Source of the DNA: Eledone cirrhosa
Lineage: Eukaryota
NCBI GenBank assembly: GCA_964016885.1
Contig: OZ024742.1
Span: 311,426,001 to 311,490,000, forward strand
Direction: 5' to 3'
DNA length: 64,000 nt
Position 1 is the first letter of the stretch. Each line of letters begins with the position of its first letter. The notes beneath the pieces were generated by a model, which did no database searches, was not told the DNA's origin, and saw nothing but the letters and a program-made list of their open reading frames with translations. The translations under genes were made by a program, and so were the position numbers. Shown piece after piece: positions 27,711 through 41,700 of this stretch.

Positions 27711-30700
27711 CTTACAGGTAAACATTGCTGTGGAGAGATCCTTACCTTACAGGTAAACATTGCTGTGAAGAGATCCTTACCTTACAGGTAAACATTGCTG
27801 TGAAGAAGATCATTACCTTACAGGTAAACATTGCTGTGGAGAGATCATTACCTTACAGGTAAACATTGCTGTGAAGAAGATCATTACCTTACAGGTAAAT
27901 ATTGCTGTGAAGAAGATCATTACCTTACAGGTAAATATTGCTGTGGAGAAGATCATTACCTTACAGGTAAACATTGCTGTGGAGAGATCCTTACCTTACA
28001 GGTAAACATTGCTGTGAAGAGATCCTTACCTTAGAGGTAAACGTTGCTGTGGAGAGATCCTTACCTTACAGGTAAACATTGGTGTGAAGAGAGTAAGGTA
28101 ATGATCTTCTCCACAGCAATGTTTACCTATAATGTAATGAACTTACAGGTAAACATTGCTGTGGAGAAGATCATTACCTTACAGGTAAATATTGTTGTGA
28201 AGAGATCTTTACCTTACAGGTAAACATTGCTGTGAAGAGATCATTACCTTACAGGTAAACATTGCTGTGGAGAATATCCTTACCTTACAGGTAAACATTG
28301 CTGTGGAGAAGATCATTATCTTACAGGTAAACATTGCTGTGAAGAAGATCATTACTTTACAGGTAAACATTGCTGTGAAGAACATCATTACCTTACAGGT
28401 AAACATTGCTGTGAAGAGATCCTTAACTTACAGGTAAACATTGCTGTGAAGAGATCCTTACCTTACAGGTAAACATTGGTGTGGAGAAGATCATTATCTT
28501 ACAGGTAAACATTGCTGTGAAGAGATAATTACCTTACAGGTAAACATTGCTGTGAAGAGATAATTACCTTACAGGTAAACATTACTGTGAAGAGATCCTT
28601 ACCTTACAGGTAAACATTGCTGTGAAGAGATCCTTACCTTACAGGTAAACATTGCTGTGGAGAAGATCATTACCTTACAGGTAAACATTGATGTGGAGAG
28701 ATCCTTACCTTACAGATAAACATTGGTGTGAAGAAGATCATTACCTTACAGGTAAACATTGCTGTGAATAGATCCTTACCTTACAGGTAAACATTGGTGT
28801 GAAGAGATCCTTACCTTACAGGTAAACATTGCTGTGAAGATCATTACCTTACAGGTAAACATTGCTGTGGAGAAGATCCTTACCTTACAGGTAAACATTG
28901 CTGTGAAGAGATCTTTACCTTACAGGTAAAGATTGCTGTGAAGAGATCATTACCTTACAGGTAAACATTGCTGTGGAGAGATCCTTACCTTACAGGTAAA
29001 CATTGCTGTGGAGAAGATCATTACCTTACAGGTAAACATTGCTGTGGAGAAGATCATTACTTTACAGGTAAACATTGCTGTGGAGAGATCCTTACCTTAC
29101 AGGTAAACATTACTGTGGAGAAGATCATTACCTTACAGATAAACATTGGTGTGAAGAGATCATTACCTTACAGGTAAACATTGCTGTGGAGAAGATCATT
29201 ACCTTACAGGTAAACATTGCTGTGAAGAGAGCCTTACCTTACAGATAAACATTGGTGTGAAGAGATCATTACCTTACAGGTAAACATTGCTGTGGAGAAG
29301 ATCATTACCTTACAGGTAAACATTGCTGTGAAGAAGATCATTTCCTTACAGGTAAACATTGCTGTGAAGAGATCCTTACCTTACAGATAAACATTGGTGT
29401 GAAGAAGATCATTACCTTACAGGTAAACATTGCTGTGAATAGATCCTTACCTTACAGGTAAACATTGGTGTGAAGAGATCCTTACCTTACAGGTAAACAT
29501 TGCTGTGAAGATCATTACCTTACAGGTAAACATTGCTGTGGAGAAGATCCTTACCTTACAGGTAAACATTGCTGTGAAGAGATCCTTACCTTACAGGTAA
29601 ACATTGCTGTGAAGAGATCTTTACCTTACAGGTAAAGATTGCTGTGAAGAGATCATTACCTTACAGGTAAACATTGCTGTGGAGAGATCCTTACCTTACA
29701 GGTAAACATTGCTGTGAAGAGATCATTACCTTACAGGTAAACATTGCTGTGAAGAGATCATTACCTTACAGGTAAACATTGCTGTGGAGAAGATCATTAC
29801 CTTACAGGTAAACATTGCTGTGGAGAGATCCTTACCTTACAGGAAAACATTGCTGTGGAGAAGATCATTACCTTACAGGTAAACATTGCTGTGGAGAAGA
29901 TCATTACCTTACAGGTAAACATTGCTGTGAAGAGATCCTTACCTTACAGGTAAACATTGCTGTGGAGAAGATCATTACCTTACAGGTAAACATTGCTGTG
30001 GAGAAGATCCTTATCTTACAGGTAAACATTGCTGTGAAGAAGATCATTACCTTACAGGTAAACATTGCTGTGAAGAAGATCATTACCTTACAGGTAAACA
30101 TTGCTGTGGAGAGATCCTTACCTTACAGGTAAACATTGCTGTGAAGAGATCCTTACCTTACAGGTAAACATTGCTGTGAAGAAGATCATTACCTTACAGG
30201 TAAACATTGCTGTTGAGAGATCATTACCTTACAGGTAAACATTGCTGTGGAGAGATCCTTACCTTACAGGTAAACATTGCTGTGGAGAAGATCATTACCT
30301 TACAGGTAAACATTGCTGTGGAGAAGATCATTACCTTACAGGAAAACATTGCTGTGAAGAGATCCTTACCTTACAGGTAAACTTTACTGTGGAGAAGATC
30401 ATTACCTTACAGGTAAACATTGCTGTGAAGAGATCCTTACCTTACAGGTAAACATTGCTGTGGAGAAGATCATTACCTTACAGGTAAACATTGCTGTGGA
30501 GAAGATCATTACCTTACAGGTAAACATTGCTGTGGAGAAGATCATTACCTTACAGGTAAACTTTACTGTGGAGAAGATCATTACCTTACAGGTAAACATT
30601 GCTGTGAAGAGATCCTTACCTTACAGGTAAACATTGCTGTGAAGATCATTACCTTACAGGTAAACATTGCTGTGGAGAAGATCCTTACCTTACAGGTAAA

Positions 30701-33700
30701 CATTGCTGTGAAGAGATCCTTACCTTACAGGTAAACATTGCTGTGAAGAAATCTTTACCTTACAGGTAAAGATTGCTGTGAAGAGATCATTACCTAACAG
30801 GTAAACATTGCTGTGGAGAGATCCTTACCTTACAGGTAAACATTGCTGTGAAGAGATCATTACCTTACAGGTAAACATTGCTGTGAAGAGATCATTACCT
30901 TACAGGTAAACATTGCTGTGGAGAAGATCATTACCTTACAGGTAAACATTGCTGTGGAGAGATCCTTACCTTACAGGTAAACATTGCTGTGGAGAAGATC
31001 ATTACCTTACAGGTAAACATTGCTGTGGAGAAGATCATTACCTTACAGGTAAACATTGCTGTGAAGAGATCCTTACCTTACAGGTAAACATTGCTGTGGA
31101 GAAGATCATTACCTTACAGGTAAACATTGCTGTGGAGAAGATCCTTATCTTACAGGTAAACATTGCTGTGAAGAAGATCATTACCTTACAGGTAAACATT
31201 GCTGTGGAGAGATCCTTACCTTACAGGTAAACATTGCTGTGAAGAGATCCTTACCTTACTGGTAAACATTGCTGTGAAGAAGATCATTACCTTACAGGTA
31301 AACATTGCTGTGGAGAGATCATTACCTTACAGGTAAACATTGCTGTGAAGAAGATCATTACCTTACAGGTAAACATTGCTGTGAAGAAGATCATTACCTT
31401 ACAGGTAAACATTGCTGTGAAGAAGATCATTACCTTACAGGTAAATATTGCTGTGAAGAAGATCATTACCTTACAGGTAAATATTGCTGTGGAGAAGATC
31501 ATTACCTTACAGGTAAACATTGCTGTGGAGAGATCCTTACCTTACAGGTAAACATTGCTGTGAAGAGATCCTTACCTTAGAGGTAAACGTTGCTGTGGAG
31601 AGATCCTTACCTTACAGGTAAACATTGGTGTGAAGAGAGTAAGGTAATGATCTTCTCTACAGCAATGTTTACCTATAATGTAATGAACTTACAGGTAAAC
31701 ATTGCTGTGGAGAAGATCATTACCTTACAGGTAAATATTGTTGTGAAGAGATCTTTACCTTACAGGTAAACATTGCCGTGGAGAAGATCATTACCTTACA
31801 GGTAAACTTTACTGTGGAGAGATCCTACCTTACAGGTAAACATTGGTGTGAAGAGAGTAAGGTAATGATCTTCTCCACAGCAATGTTTACCTATAAGGTA
31901 ATGAACTTACAGGTAAACATTGCTGTGGAGAAGATCATTACCTTACAGGTAAATATTGTTGTGAAGAGATCTTTACCTTACAGGTAAACATTGCTGTGAA
32001 GAGATCATTACCTTACAGGTAAACATTGCTGTGGAGAATATCCTTACCTTACAGGTAAACATTGCTGTGAAGAATATCATTACTTTACAGGTAAACATTG
32101 CTGTGAAGAATATCATTACTTTACAGGTAAACATTGCTGTGAAGAACATCATTATCTTACAGGTAAACATTGCTGTGAAGAGATCCTTAACTTACAGGTA
32201 AACATTGCTGTGAATAGATCCTTACCTTACAGGTAAACATTGCTGTGGAGAAGATCATTATCTTACAGGTAAACATTGCTGTGAAGAAGATCATTACTTT
32301 ACAGGTAAACATTGCTGTGAAGAACATCATTACCTTACAGGTAAACATTGCTGTGAAGAGATCCTTAACTTACAGGTAAACATTGCTGTGAAGAGATCCT
32401 TACCTTACAGGTAAACATTGCTGTGGAGAAGATCATTATCTTACAGGTAAACATTGTTGTGAAGAGATAATTACCTTACAGGTAAACATTGCTGTGGAGA
32501 GATAATTACCTTACAGGTAAACATTACTGTGAAGAGATCCTTACCTTACAGGTAAACATTGCTGTGAAGAGATCCTTACCTTACAGGTAAACATTGCTGT
32601 GGAGAAGATCATTACCTTACAGGTAAACATTGCTGTGGAGAAGATCATTATCTTACAGGTAAACATTGCTGTGAAGAGATAATTACCTTACAGGTAAACA
32701 TTGCTGTGAAGAGATAATTACCTTACAGGTAAACATTGCTGTGAAGAGATCATTACCTTACAGGTAAACATTGCTGTGAAGATCATTACCTTACAGGTAA
32801 ACATTGCTGTGAAGAGATCTTTACCTTACAGGTAAACATTGCTGTGAAGAGATCCTTACCTTACAGGTAAACATTGCTGTGGAGAAGATCATTACCTTAC
32901 AGGTAAACATTGCTGTGAAGATCATTACCTTACAGGTAAACATTGCTGTGAAGAGATCTTTACCTTACAGGTAAACATTGCTGTGAAGAGATCATTACCT
33001 TACAGGTAAACATTGCCATGAAGAGATACTTACCTTACAGGTAAACTTATCTGTGAAGAGATCATTACCTTACAGGTAAACATTGCTGTGGAGAAGATCA
33101 TTATCTTACAGGTAAACATTGCTGTGAAGAGATAATTACCTTACAGGTAAACATTGTTGTGAAGAGATAATTACCTTACAGGTAAACATTGCCGTGAAGA
33201 GATCATTACCTTACAGGTAAACATTGCTGTGAAGAGATCTTTACCTCACAGGTAAACATTGCTGTGAAGAGATCATTACCTTACAGGTAAACATTGCCAT
33301 GAAGAGATCCTTACCTTACAGGTAAACTTTTCTGTGAAGAGATCATTACCTTACAGGTAAACATTGCTGTGGAGAAGATCATTATCTTACAGGTAAACAT
33401 TGCTGTGAAGAGATAATTACCTTACAGGTAAACATTGCTGTGAAGATCATTACCTTACAGGTAAACATTGCTGTGAAGAGATCTTTACCTTACAGGTAAA
33501 CATTGCTGTGAAGAGATCATTACCTTACAGGTAAACATTGCCATGAAGAGATCCTTACCTTACAGGTAAACTTTTCTGTGAAGAGATCATTACCTTACAG
33601 GTAAACATTGCTGTGGAGAAGATCATTATCTTACAGGTAAACATTGCTGTGAAGAGATAATTACCTTACAGGTAAACATTGTTGTGAAGAGATAATTACC

Positions 33701-34609
33701 TTACAGGTAAACATTGCTGTGAAGAGATCTTTACCTCACAGGTAAACATTGCTGTGAAGAGATCATTACCTTACAGGTAAACATTGCCATGAAGAGATCC
33801 TTACCTTACAGGTAAACTTTTCTGTGAAGAGATCATTACCTTACAGGTAAACATTGCTGTGGAGAAGATCATTATCTTACAGGTAAACATTGCTGTGAAG
33901 AGATAATTACCTTACAGGTAAACATTGCTGTGAAGATCATTACCTTACAGGTAAACATTGCTGTGAAGAGATCTTTACCTTACAGGTAAACATTGCTGTG
34001 AAGAGATCATTACCTTACAGGTAAACATTGCTGTGAAGATCATTACCTTACAGGTAAACATTGCCATGAAGAGATCCTTACCATACAGGTAAACTTTTCT
34101 GTGAAGAGATCATTACCTTACAGGTAAACATTGCTGTGAAGAGATCATTTACTTACAGGTAAACATTGTTGTGGAGAAGATCATTACCTTACAAGTAAAC
34201 ATTGCTGTGAAGAGATCATTACCTTACAGGTAAACATTGCTGTGAAGAGATCATTACCTTACAGGTAAACATTGCTGTGGAGAACATCATTACTTTACAG
34301 GTAAACATTGCTGTGAAAAGAGCATTACCATACAGGTAAACATCGCTGTGGAGAAGATCATTACCTTACAGGTAAACATTGCTGTGAGGAGATCTTAACC
34401 TTACAGGTAAACATTGCTGTGAAGAGATCATTACCTTACAGGTAAACATTGCTGTGAAGAGATCTTTACCTTACAGGTAAACATTGGTGTGAAGAGATCC
34501 TTACCTTACAGGTAAACATTGCTGTGAAGATCATTACCTTACAGGTAAACATTGCTGTGAAGATCATTACCTTACAGGTAAACATTGCTGTGAAGAGATC
34601 CTTACCTTA

Positions 34610-37600
34610 CAGGTAAACATTGCTGTGAAGAGATCATTACCTTACAGGTAAACATTGCTGTGAAGAGATCATTACCTTACAGGTAAACATTGGTGTGAAG
34701 AGAGTAAGGTAATGATCTTCTCCACAGCAATGTTTACCTACAAGGTAATGAACTTACAGGTAAACATTGCTGTGGAGAAGATCATTACCTTACAGGTAAA
34801 TATTGTTGTGAAGAGATCTTTACCTTACAGGTAAACATTGCTGTGAAGAGATCATTACCTTACAGGTAAACATTGCTGTGGAGAATATCCTTACCTTACA
34901 GGTAAACATTGCTGTGGAGAAGATCATTATCTTACAGGTAAACATTGCTGTGAAGAAGATCATTACTTTACAGGTAAACATTGCTGTGAAGAACATCATT
35001 ACCTTACAGGTAAACATTGCTGTGAAGAGATCCTTAACTTACAGGTAAACATTGCTGTGAAGAGATCCTTACCTCACAGGTAAACATTGCTGTGGAGAAG
35101 ATCATTATCTTACAGGTAAACATTGCTGTGAAGAGATAATTACCTTACAGGTAAACATTGCTGTGAAGAGATAATTACCTTACAGGTAAACATTACTGTG
35201 AAGAGATCCTTACCTTACAGGTAAACATTGCTGTGAAGAGATCCTTACCTTACAGGTAAACATTGCTGTGAAGAGATCCTTACCTTACAGGTAAACATTG
35301 CTGTGGAGAAGATCATTACCTTACAGGTAAACATTGCTGTGGAGAGATCCTTACCTTACAGATAAACATTGGTGTGAAGAAGATCATTACCTTACAGGTA
35401 AACATTGCTGTGAATAGATCCTTACCTTACAGGTAAACATTGGTGTGAAGAGATCCTTAACTTACAGGTAAACATTGCTGTGAAGAGATCCTTACCTTAC
35501 AGGTAAACATTGCTGTGGAGAAGATCATTATCTTACAGGTAAACATTGCTGTGGAGAAGATCATTACCTTACAGGTAAACATTGCTGTGAAGAAGATCAT
35601 TACCTTACAGGTAAACATTGCTGTGAAGAAGATCATTACCTTACAGGTAAACATTGCTGTGGAGAAGATCATTACCTTACAGGTAAACATTGCTGTGGAG
35701 AGATCCTTACCTTACAGGTAAACATTGCTGTGGAGAAGATCATTACCTTACAGGTAAACATTGCTGTGGAGAAGATCATTACCTTACAGGTAAACATTGC
35801 TGTGAAGAGATCCTTACCTTACAGGTAAACATTGCTGTGGAGAAGATCATTACCTTACAGGTAAACATTGCTGTGAAGTGATCCTTACCTTACAGGTAAA
35901 CATTGCTGTGAAGAAGATCATTACCTTACAGGTAAACATTGCTGTGGAGAGATCCTTACCTTACAGGTAAACATTGCTGTGGAGAAGATCATTACCTTAC
36001 AGGTAAACATTGCTGTGAAGAGATAATTACCTTACAGGTAAACATTGCTGTGAAGAGATAATTACCTTACAGGTAAACATTACTGTGAAGAGATCCTTAC
36101 CTTACAGGTAAACATTGCTGTGAAGAGATCCTTACCTTACAGGTAAACATTGCTGTGAATAGATCCTTACCTTACAGGTAAACATTGCTGTGGAGAGATC
36201 CTTACCTTACAGGTAAACATTGCTGTGGAGAAGATCATTACCTTACAGGTAAACATTGCTGTGGAGAAGATCATTACTTTACAGGTAAACATTGCTGTGG
36301 AGAGATCCTTACCTTACAGGTAAACATTGCTGTGGAGAAGATCATTACCTTACAGATAAACATTGGCGTGAAGAGATCATTACCTTACAGGTAAACATTG
36401 CTGTGGAGAAGATCATTACCTTACAGGTAAACATTGCTGTGAAGAGATCCTTACCTTACAGATAAACATTGGTGTGAAGAGATCATTACCTTACAGGTAA
36501 ACATTGCTGTGGAGAAGATCATTACCTTACAGGTAAACATTGCTGTGAAGAAGATCATTACCTTACAGGTAAACATTGCTGTGAAGAGATCCTTACCTTA
36601 CAGATAAACATTGGTGTGAAGAAGATCATTACCTTACAGGTAAACATTGCTGTGAATAGATCCTTACCTTACAGGTAAACATTGCTGTGAAGAGATCATT
36701 ACCTTACAGGTAAACATTGCTGTGAAGAGATCATTACCTTACAGGTAAACATTGGTGTGAAGAGAGTAAGGTAATGATCTTCTCCACAGCAATGTTTACC
36801 TACAAGGTAATGAACTTACAGGTAAACATTGCTGTGGAGAAGATCATTACCTTACAGGTAAATATTGTTGTGAAGAGATCTTTACCTTACAGGTAAACAT
36901 TGCTGTGAAGAGATCATTACCTTACAGGTAAACATTGCTGTGGAGAATATCCTTACCTTACAGGTAAACATTGCTGTGGAGAAGATCATTATCTTACAGG
37001 TAAACATTGCTGTGAAGAAGATCATTACTTTACAGGTAAACATTGCTGTGAAGAACATCATTACCTTACAGGTAAACATTGCTGTGAAGAGATCCTTAAC
37101 TTACAGGTAAACATTGCTGTGAAGAGATCCTTACCTCACAGGTAAACATTGCTGTGGAGAAGATCATTATCTTACAGGTAAACATTGCTGTGAAGAGATA
37201 ATTACCTTACAGGTAAACATTGCTGTGAAGAGATAATTACCTTACAGGTAAACATTACTGTGAAGAGATCCTTACCTTACAGGTAAACATTGCTGTGAAG
37301 AGATCCTTACCTTACAGGTAAACATTGCTGTGAAGAGATCCTTACCTTACAGGTAAACATTGCTGTGGAGAAGATCATTACCTTACAGGTAAACATTGCT
37401 GTGGAGAGATCCTTACCTTACAGATAAACATTGGTGTGAAGAAGATCATTACCTTACAGGTAAACATTGCTGTGAATAGATCCTTACCTTACAGGTAAAC
37501 ATTGGTGTGAAGAGATCCTTAACTTACAGGTAAACATTGCTGTGAAGAGATCCTTACCTTACAGGTAAACATTGCTGTGGAGAAGATCATTATCTTACAG

Positions 37601-38735
37601 GTAAACATTGCTGTGGAGAAGATCATTACCTTACAGGTAAACATTGCTGTGAAGAAGATCATTACCTTACAGGTAAACATTGCTGTGAAGAAGATCATTA
37701 CCTTACAGGTAAACATTGCTGTGGAGAAGATCATTACCTTACAGGTAAACATTGCTGTGGAGAGATCCTTACCTTACAGGTAAACATTGCTGTGGAGAAG
37801 ATCATTACCTTACAGGTAAACATTGCTGTGGAGAAGATCATTACCTTACAGGTAAACATTGCTGTGAAGAGATCCTTACCTTACAGGTAAACATTGCTGT
37901 GGAGAAGATCATTACCTTACAGGTAAACATTGCTGTGAAGTGATCCTTACCTTACAGGTAAACATTGCTGTGAAGAAGATCATTACCTTACAGGTAAACA
38001 TTGCTGTGGAGAGATCCTTACCTTACAGGTAAACATTGCTGTGGAGAAGATCATTACCTTACAGGTAAACATTGCTGTGAAGAGATAATTACCTTACAGG
38101 TAAACATTGCTGTGAAGAGATAATTACCTTACAGGTAAACATTACTGTGAAGAGATCCTTACCTTACAGGTAAACATTGCTGTGAAGAGATCCTTACCTT
38201 ACAGGTAAACATTGCTGTGAATAGATCCTTACCTTACAGGTAAACATTGCTGTGGAGAGATCCTTACCTTACAGGTAAACATTGCTGTGGAGAAGATCAT
38301 TACCTTACAGGTAAACATTGCTGTGGAGAAGATCATTACTTTACAGGTAAACATTGCTGTGGAGAGATCCTTACCTTACAGGTAAACATTGCTGTGGAGA
38401 AGATCATTACCTTACAGATAAACATTGGCGTGAAGAGATCATTACCTTACAGGTAAACATTGCTGTGGAGAAGATCATTACCTTACAGGTAAACATTGCT
38501 GTGAAGAGATCCTTACCTTACAGATAAACATTGGTGTGAAGAGATCATTACCTTACAGGTAAACATTGCTGTGGAGAAGATCATTACCTTACAGGTAAAC
38601 ATTGCTGTGAAGAAGATCATTACCTTACAGGTAAACATTGCTGTGAAGAGATCCTTACCTTACAGATAAACATTGGTGTGAAGAAGATCATTACCTTACA
38701 GGTAAACATTGCTGTGAATAGATCCTTACCTTACA
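34610..38735. repeat. Higher-order tandem duplication, period 2,062 bp
   Basis: ORF-track starts at 34820/36882, 35457/37519, 35690/37752 and 36185/38247. Inverted segment at 34704/36766. Confidence 0.9.
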
Positions 38736-41700
38736 GGTAAACATTGGTGTGAAGAGATCCTTACCTTACAGGTAAACATTGCTGTGAAGATCATTACCTT
38801 ACAGGTAAACATTGCTGTGGAGAAGATCCTTACCTTACAGGTAAACATTGCTGTGAAGAGATCCTTACCTTACAGGTAAACATTGCTGTGAAGAGATCTT
38901 TACCTTACAGGTAAAGATTGCTGTGAAGAGATCATTACCTTACAGGTAAACATTGCTGTGGAGAGATCCTTACCTTACAGGTAAACATTGCTGTGAAGAG
39001 ATCATTACCTTACAGGTAAACATTGCTGTGAAGAGATCATTACCTTACAGGTAAACATTGCTGTGGAGAAGATCATTACCTTACAGGTAAACATTGCTGT
39101 GGAGAGATCCTTACCTTACAGGTAAACATTGCTGTGGAGAAGATCATTACCTTACAGGTAAACATTGCTGTGGAGAAGATCATTACCTTACAGGTAAACA
39201 TTGCTGTGAAGAGATCCTTACCTTACAGGTAAACATTGCTGTGGAGAAGATCCTTATCTTACAGGTAAACATTGCTGTGAAGAAAATCATTACCTTACAG
39301 GTAAACATTGCTGTGAAGAAGATCATTACCTTACAGGTAAACATTGCTGTGGAGAGATCCTTACCTTACAGGTAAACATTGCTGTGAAGAGATCCTTACC
39401 TTACAGGTAAACATTGCTGTGGAGAGATCCTTACCTTACAGGTAAACATTGCTGTGAAGAGATCTTTACCTTAGAGGTAAACGTTGCTGTGGAGAGATCC
39501 TTACCTTACAGGTAAACATTGGTGTGAAGAGAGTAAGGTAATGATCTTCTCCACAGCAATGTTTACCTATAATGTAATGAACTTACAGGTAAACATTGCT
39601 GTGGAGAAGATCATTACCTTACAGGTAAATATTGTTGTGAAGAGATCTTTACCTTACAGGTAAACATTGCTGTGGAGAAGATCATTACCTTACAGGTAAA
39701 CTTTACTGTGGAGAGATCCTTACCTTACAGGTAAACATTGGTGTGAAGAGAGTAAGGTAATGATCTTCTCCACAGCAATGTTTACCTATAAGGTAATGAA
39801 CTTACAGGTAAACATTGCTGTGGAGAAGATCATTACCTTACAGGTAAATATTGTTGTGAAGAGATCTTTACCTTACAGGTAAACATTGCTGTGAAGAGAT
39901 CATTACCTTACAGGTAAACATTGCTGTGGAGAATATCCTTACCTTACAGGTAAACATTGCTGTGAAGAAGATCATTACTTTACAGGTAAACATTGCTGTG
40001 AAGAACATCATTATCTTACAGGTAAACATTGCTGTGAAGAGATCCTTAACTTACAGGTAAACATTGCTGTGAATAGATCCTTACCTTACAGGTAAACATT
40101 GCTGTGGAGAAGATCATTATCTTACAGGTAAACATTGCTGTGAAGAAGATCATTACTTTACAGGTAAACATTGCTGTGAAGAACATCATTACCTTACAGG
40201 TAAACATTGCTGTGAAGAGATCCTTAACTTACAGGTAAACATTGCTGTGAAGAGATCCTTACCTTACAGGTAAACATTGCTGTGGAGAAGATCATTATCT
40301 TACAGGTAAACATTGCTGTGAAGAGATAATTACCTTACAGGTAAACATTGCTGTGGAGAGATAATTACCTTACAGGTAAACATTACTGTGAAGAGATCCT
40401 TACCTTACAGGTAAACATTGCTGTGAAGAGATCCTTACCTTACAGGTAAACATTGCTGTGGAGAAGATCATTACCTTACAGGTAAACATTGCTGTGGAGA
40501 AGATCATTATCTTACAGGTAAACATTGCTGTGAAGAGATAATTACCTTACAGGTAAACATTGCTGTGAAGATCATTACCTTACAGGTAAACATTGCTGTG
40601 AAGAGATCTTTACCTTACAGGTAAACATTGCTGTGAAGAGATCATTACCTTACAGGTAAACATTGCCATGAAGAGATCTATACCTTACAGGTAAACATTG
40701 CTGTGGAGAAGATCATTACCTTACAGGTAAACATTGCTGTGGACAAGATCATTATCTTACAGGTAAACATTGCTGTGAAGAGATAATTACCTTACAGGTA
40801 AACATTGTTGTGAAGAGATAATTACCTTACAGGTAAACATTGCCGTGAAGAGATCATTACCTTACAGGTAAACATTGCTGTGAAGAGATCTTTACCTCAC
40901 AGGTAAACATTGCTGTGAAGAGATCATTACCTTACAGGTAAACATTGCCATGAAGAGATCCTTACCTTACAGGTAAACTTTTCTGTGAATAGATCATTAC
41001 CTTACAGGTAAACATTGCTGTGGAGAAGATCATTATCTTACAGGTAAACATTGCTGTGAAGAGATAATTACCTTACAGGTAAACATTGCTGTGAAGATCA
41101 TTACCTTACAGGTAAACATTGCTGTGAAGAGATCTTTACCTTACAGGTAAACATTGCTGTGAAGAGATCATTACCTTACAGGTAAACATTGCCATGAAGA
41201 GATCCTTACCTTACAGGTAAACTTTTCTGTGAAGAGATCATTACCTTACATGTAAACATTGCTGTGGAGAAGATCATTATCTTACAGGTAAACATTGCTG
41301 TGAAGAAGATTATTACTTTACAGGTAAACATTGCTGTGAAGAACATCATTATCTTACAGGTAAACATTGCTGTGAAGAGATCCTTAACTTACAGGTAAAC
41401 ATTGCTGTGAAGAGATCCTTACCTTACAGGTAAACATTGCTGTGGAGAAGATCATTATCTTACAGGTAAACATTGCTGTGAAGAGATAATTACCTTACAG
41501 GTAAACATTGCTGTGGAGAGATAATTACCTTACAGGTAAACATTACTGTGAAGAGATCCTTACCTTACAGGTAAACATTGCTGTGAAGAGATCCTTACCT
41601 TACAGGTAAACATTGCTGTGGAGAAGATCATTACCTTACAGGTAAACATTGCTGTGGAGAAGATCATTATCTTACAGGTAAACATTGCTGTGAAGAGATA

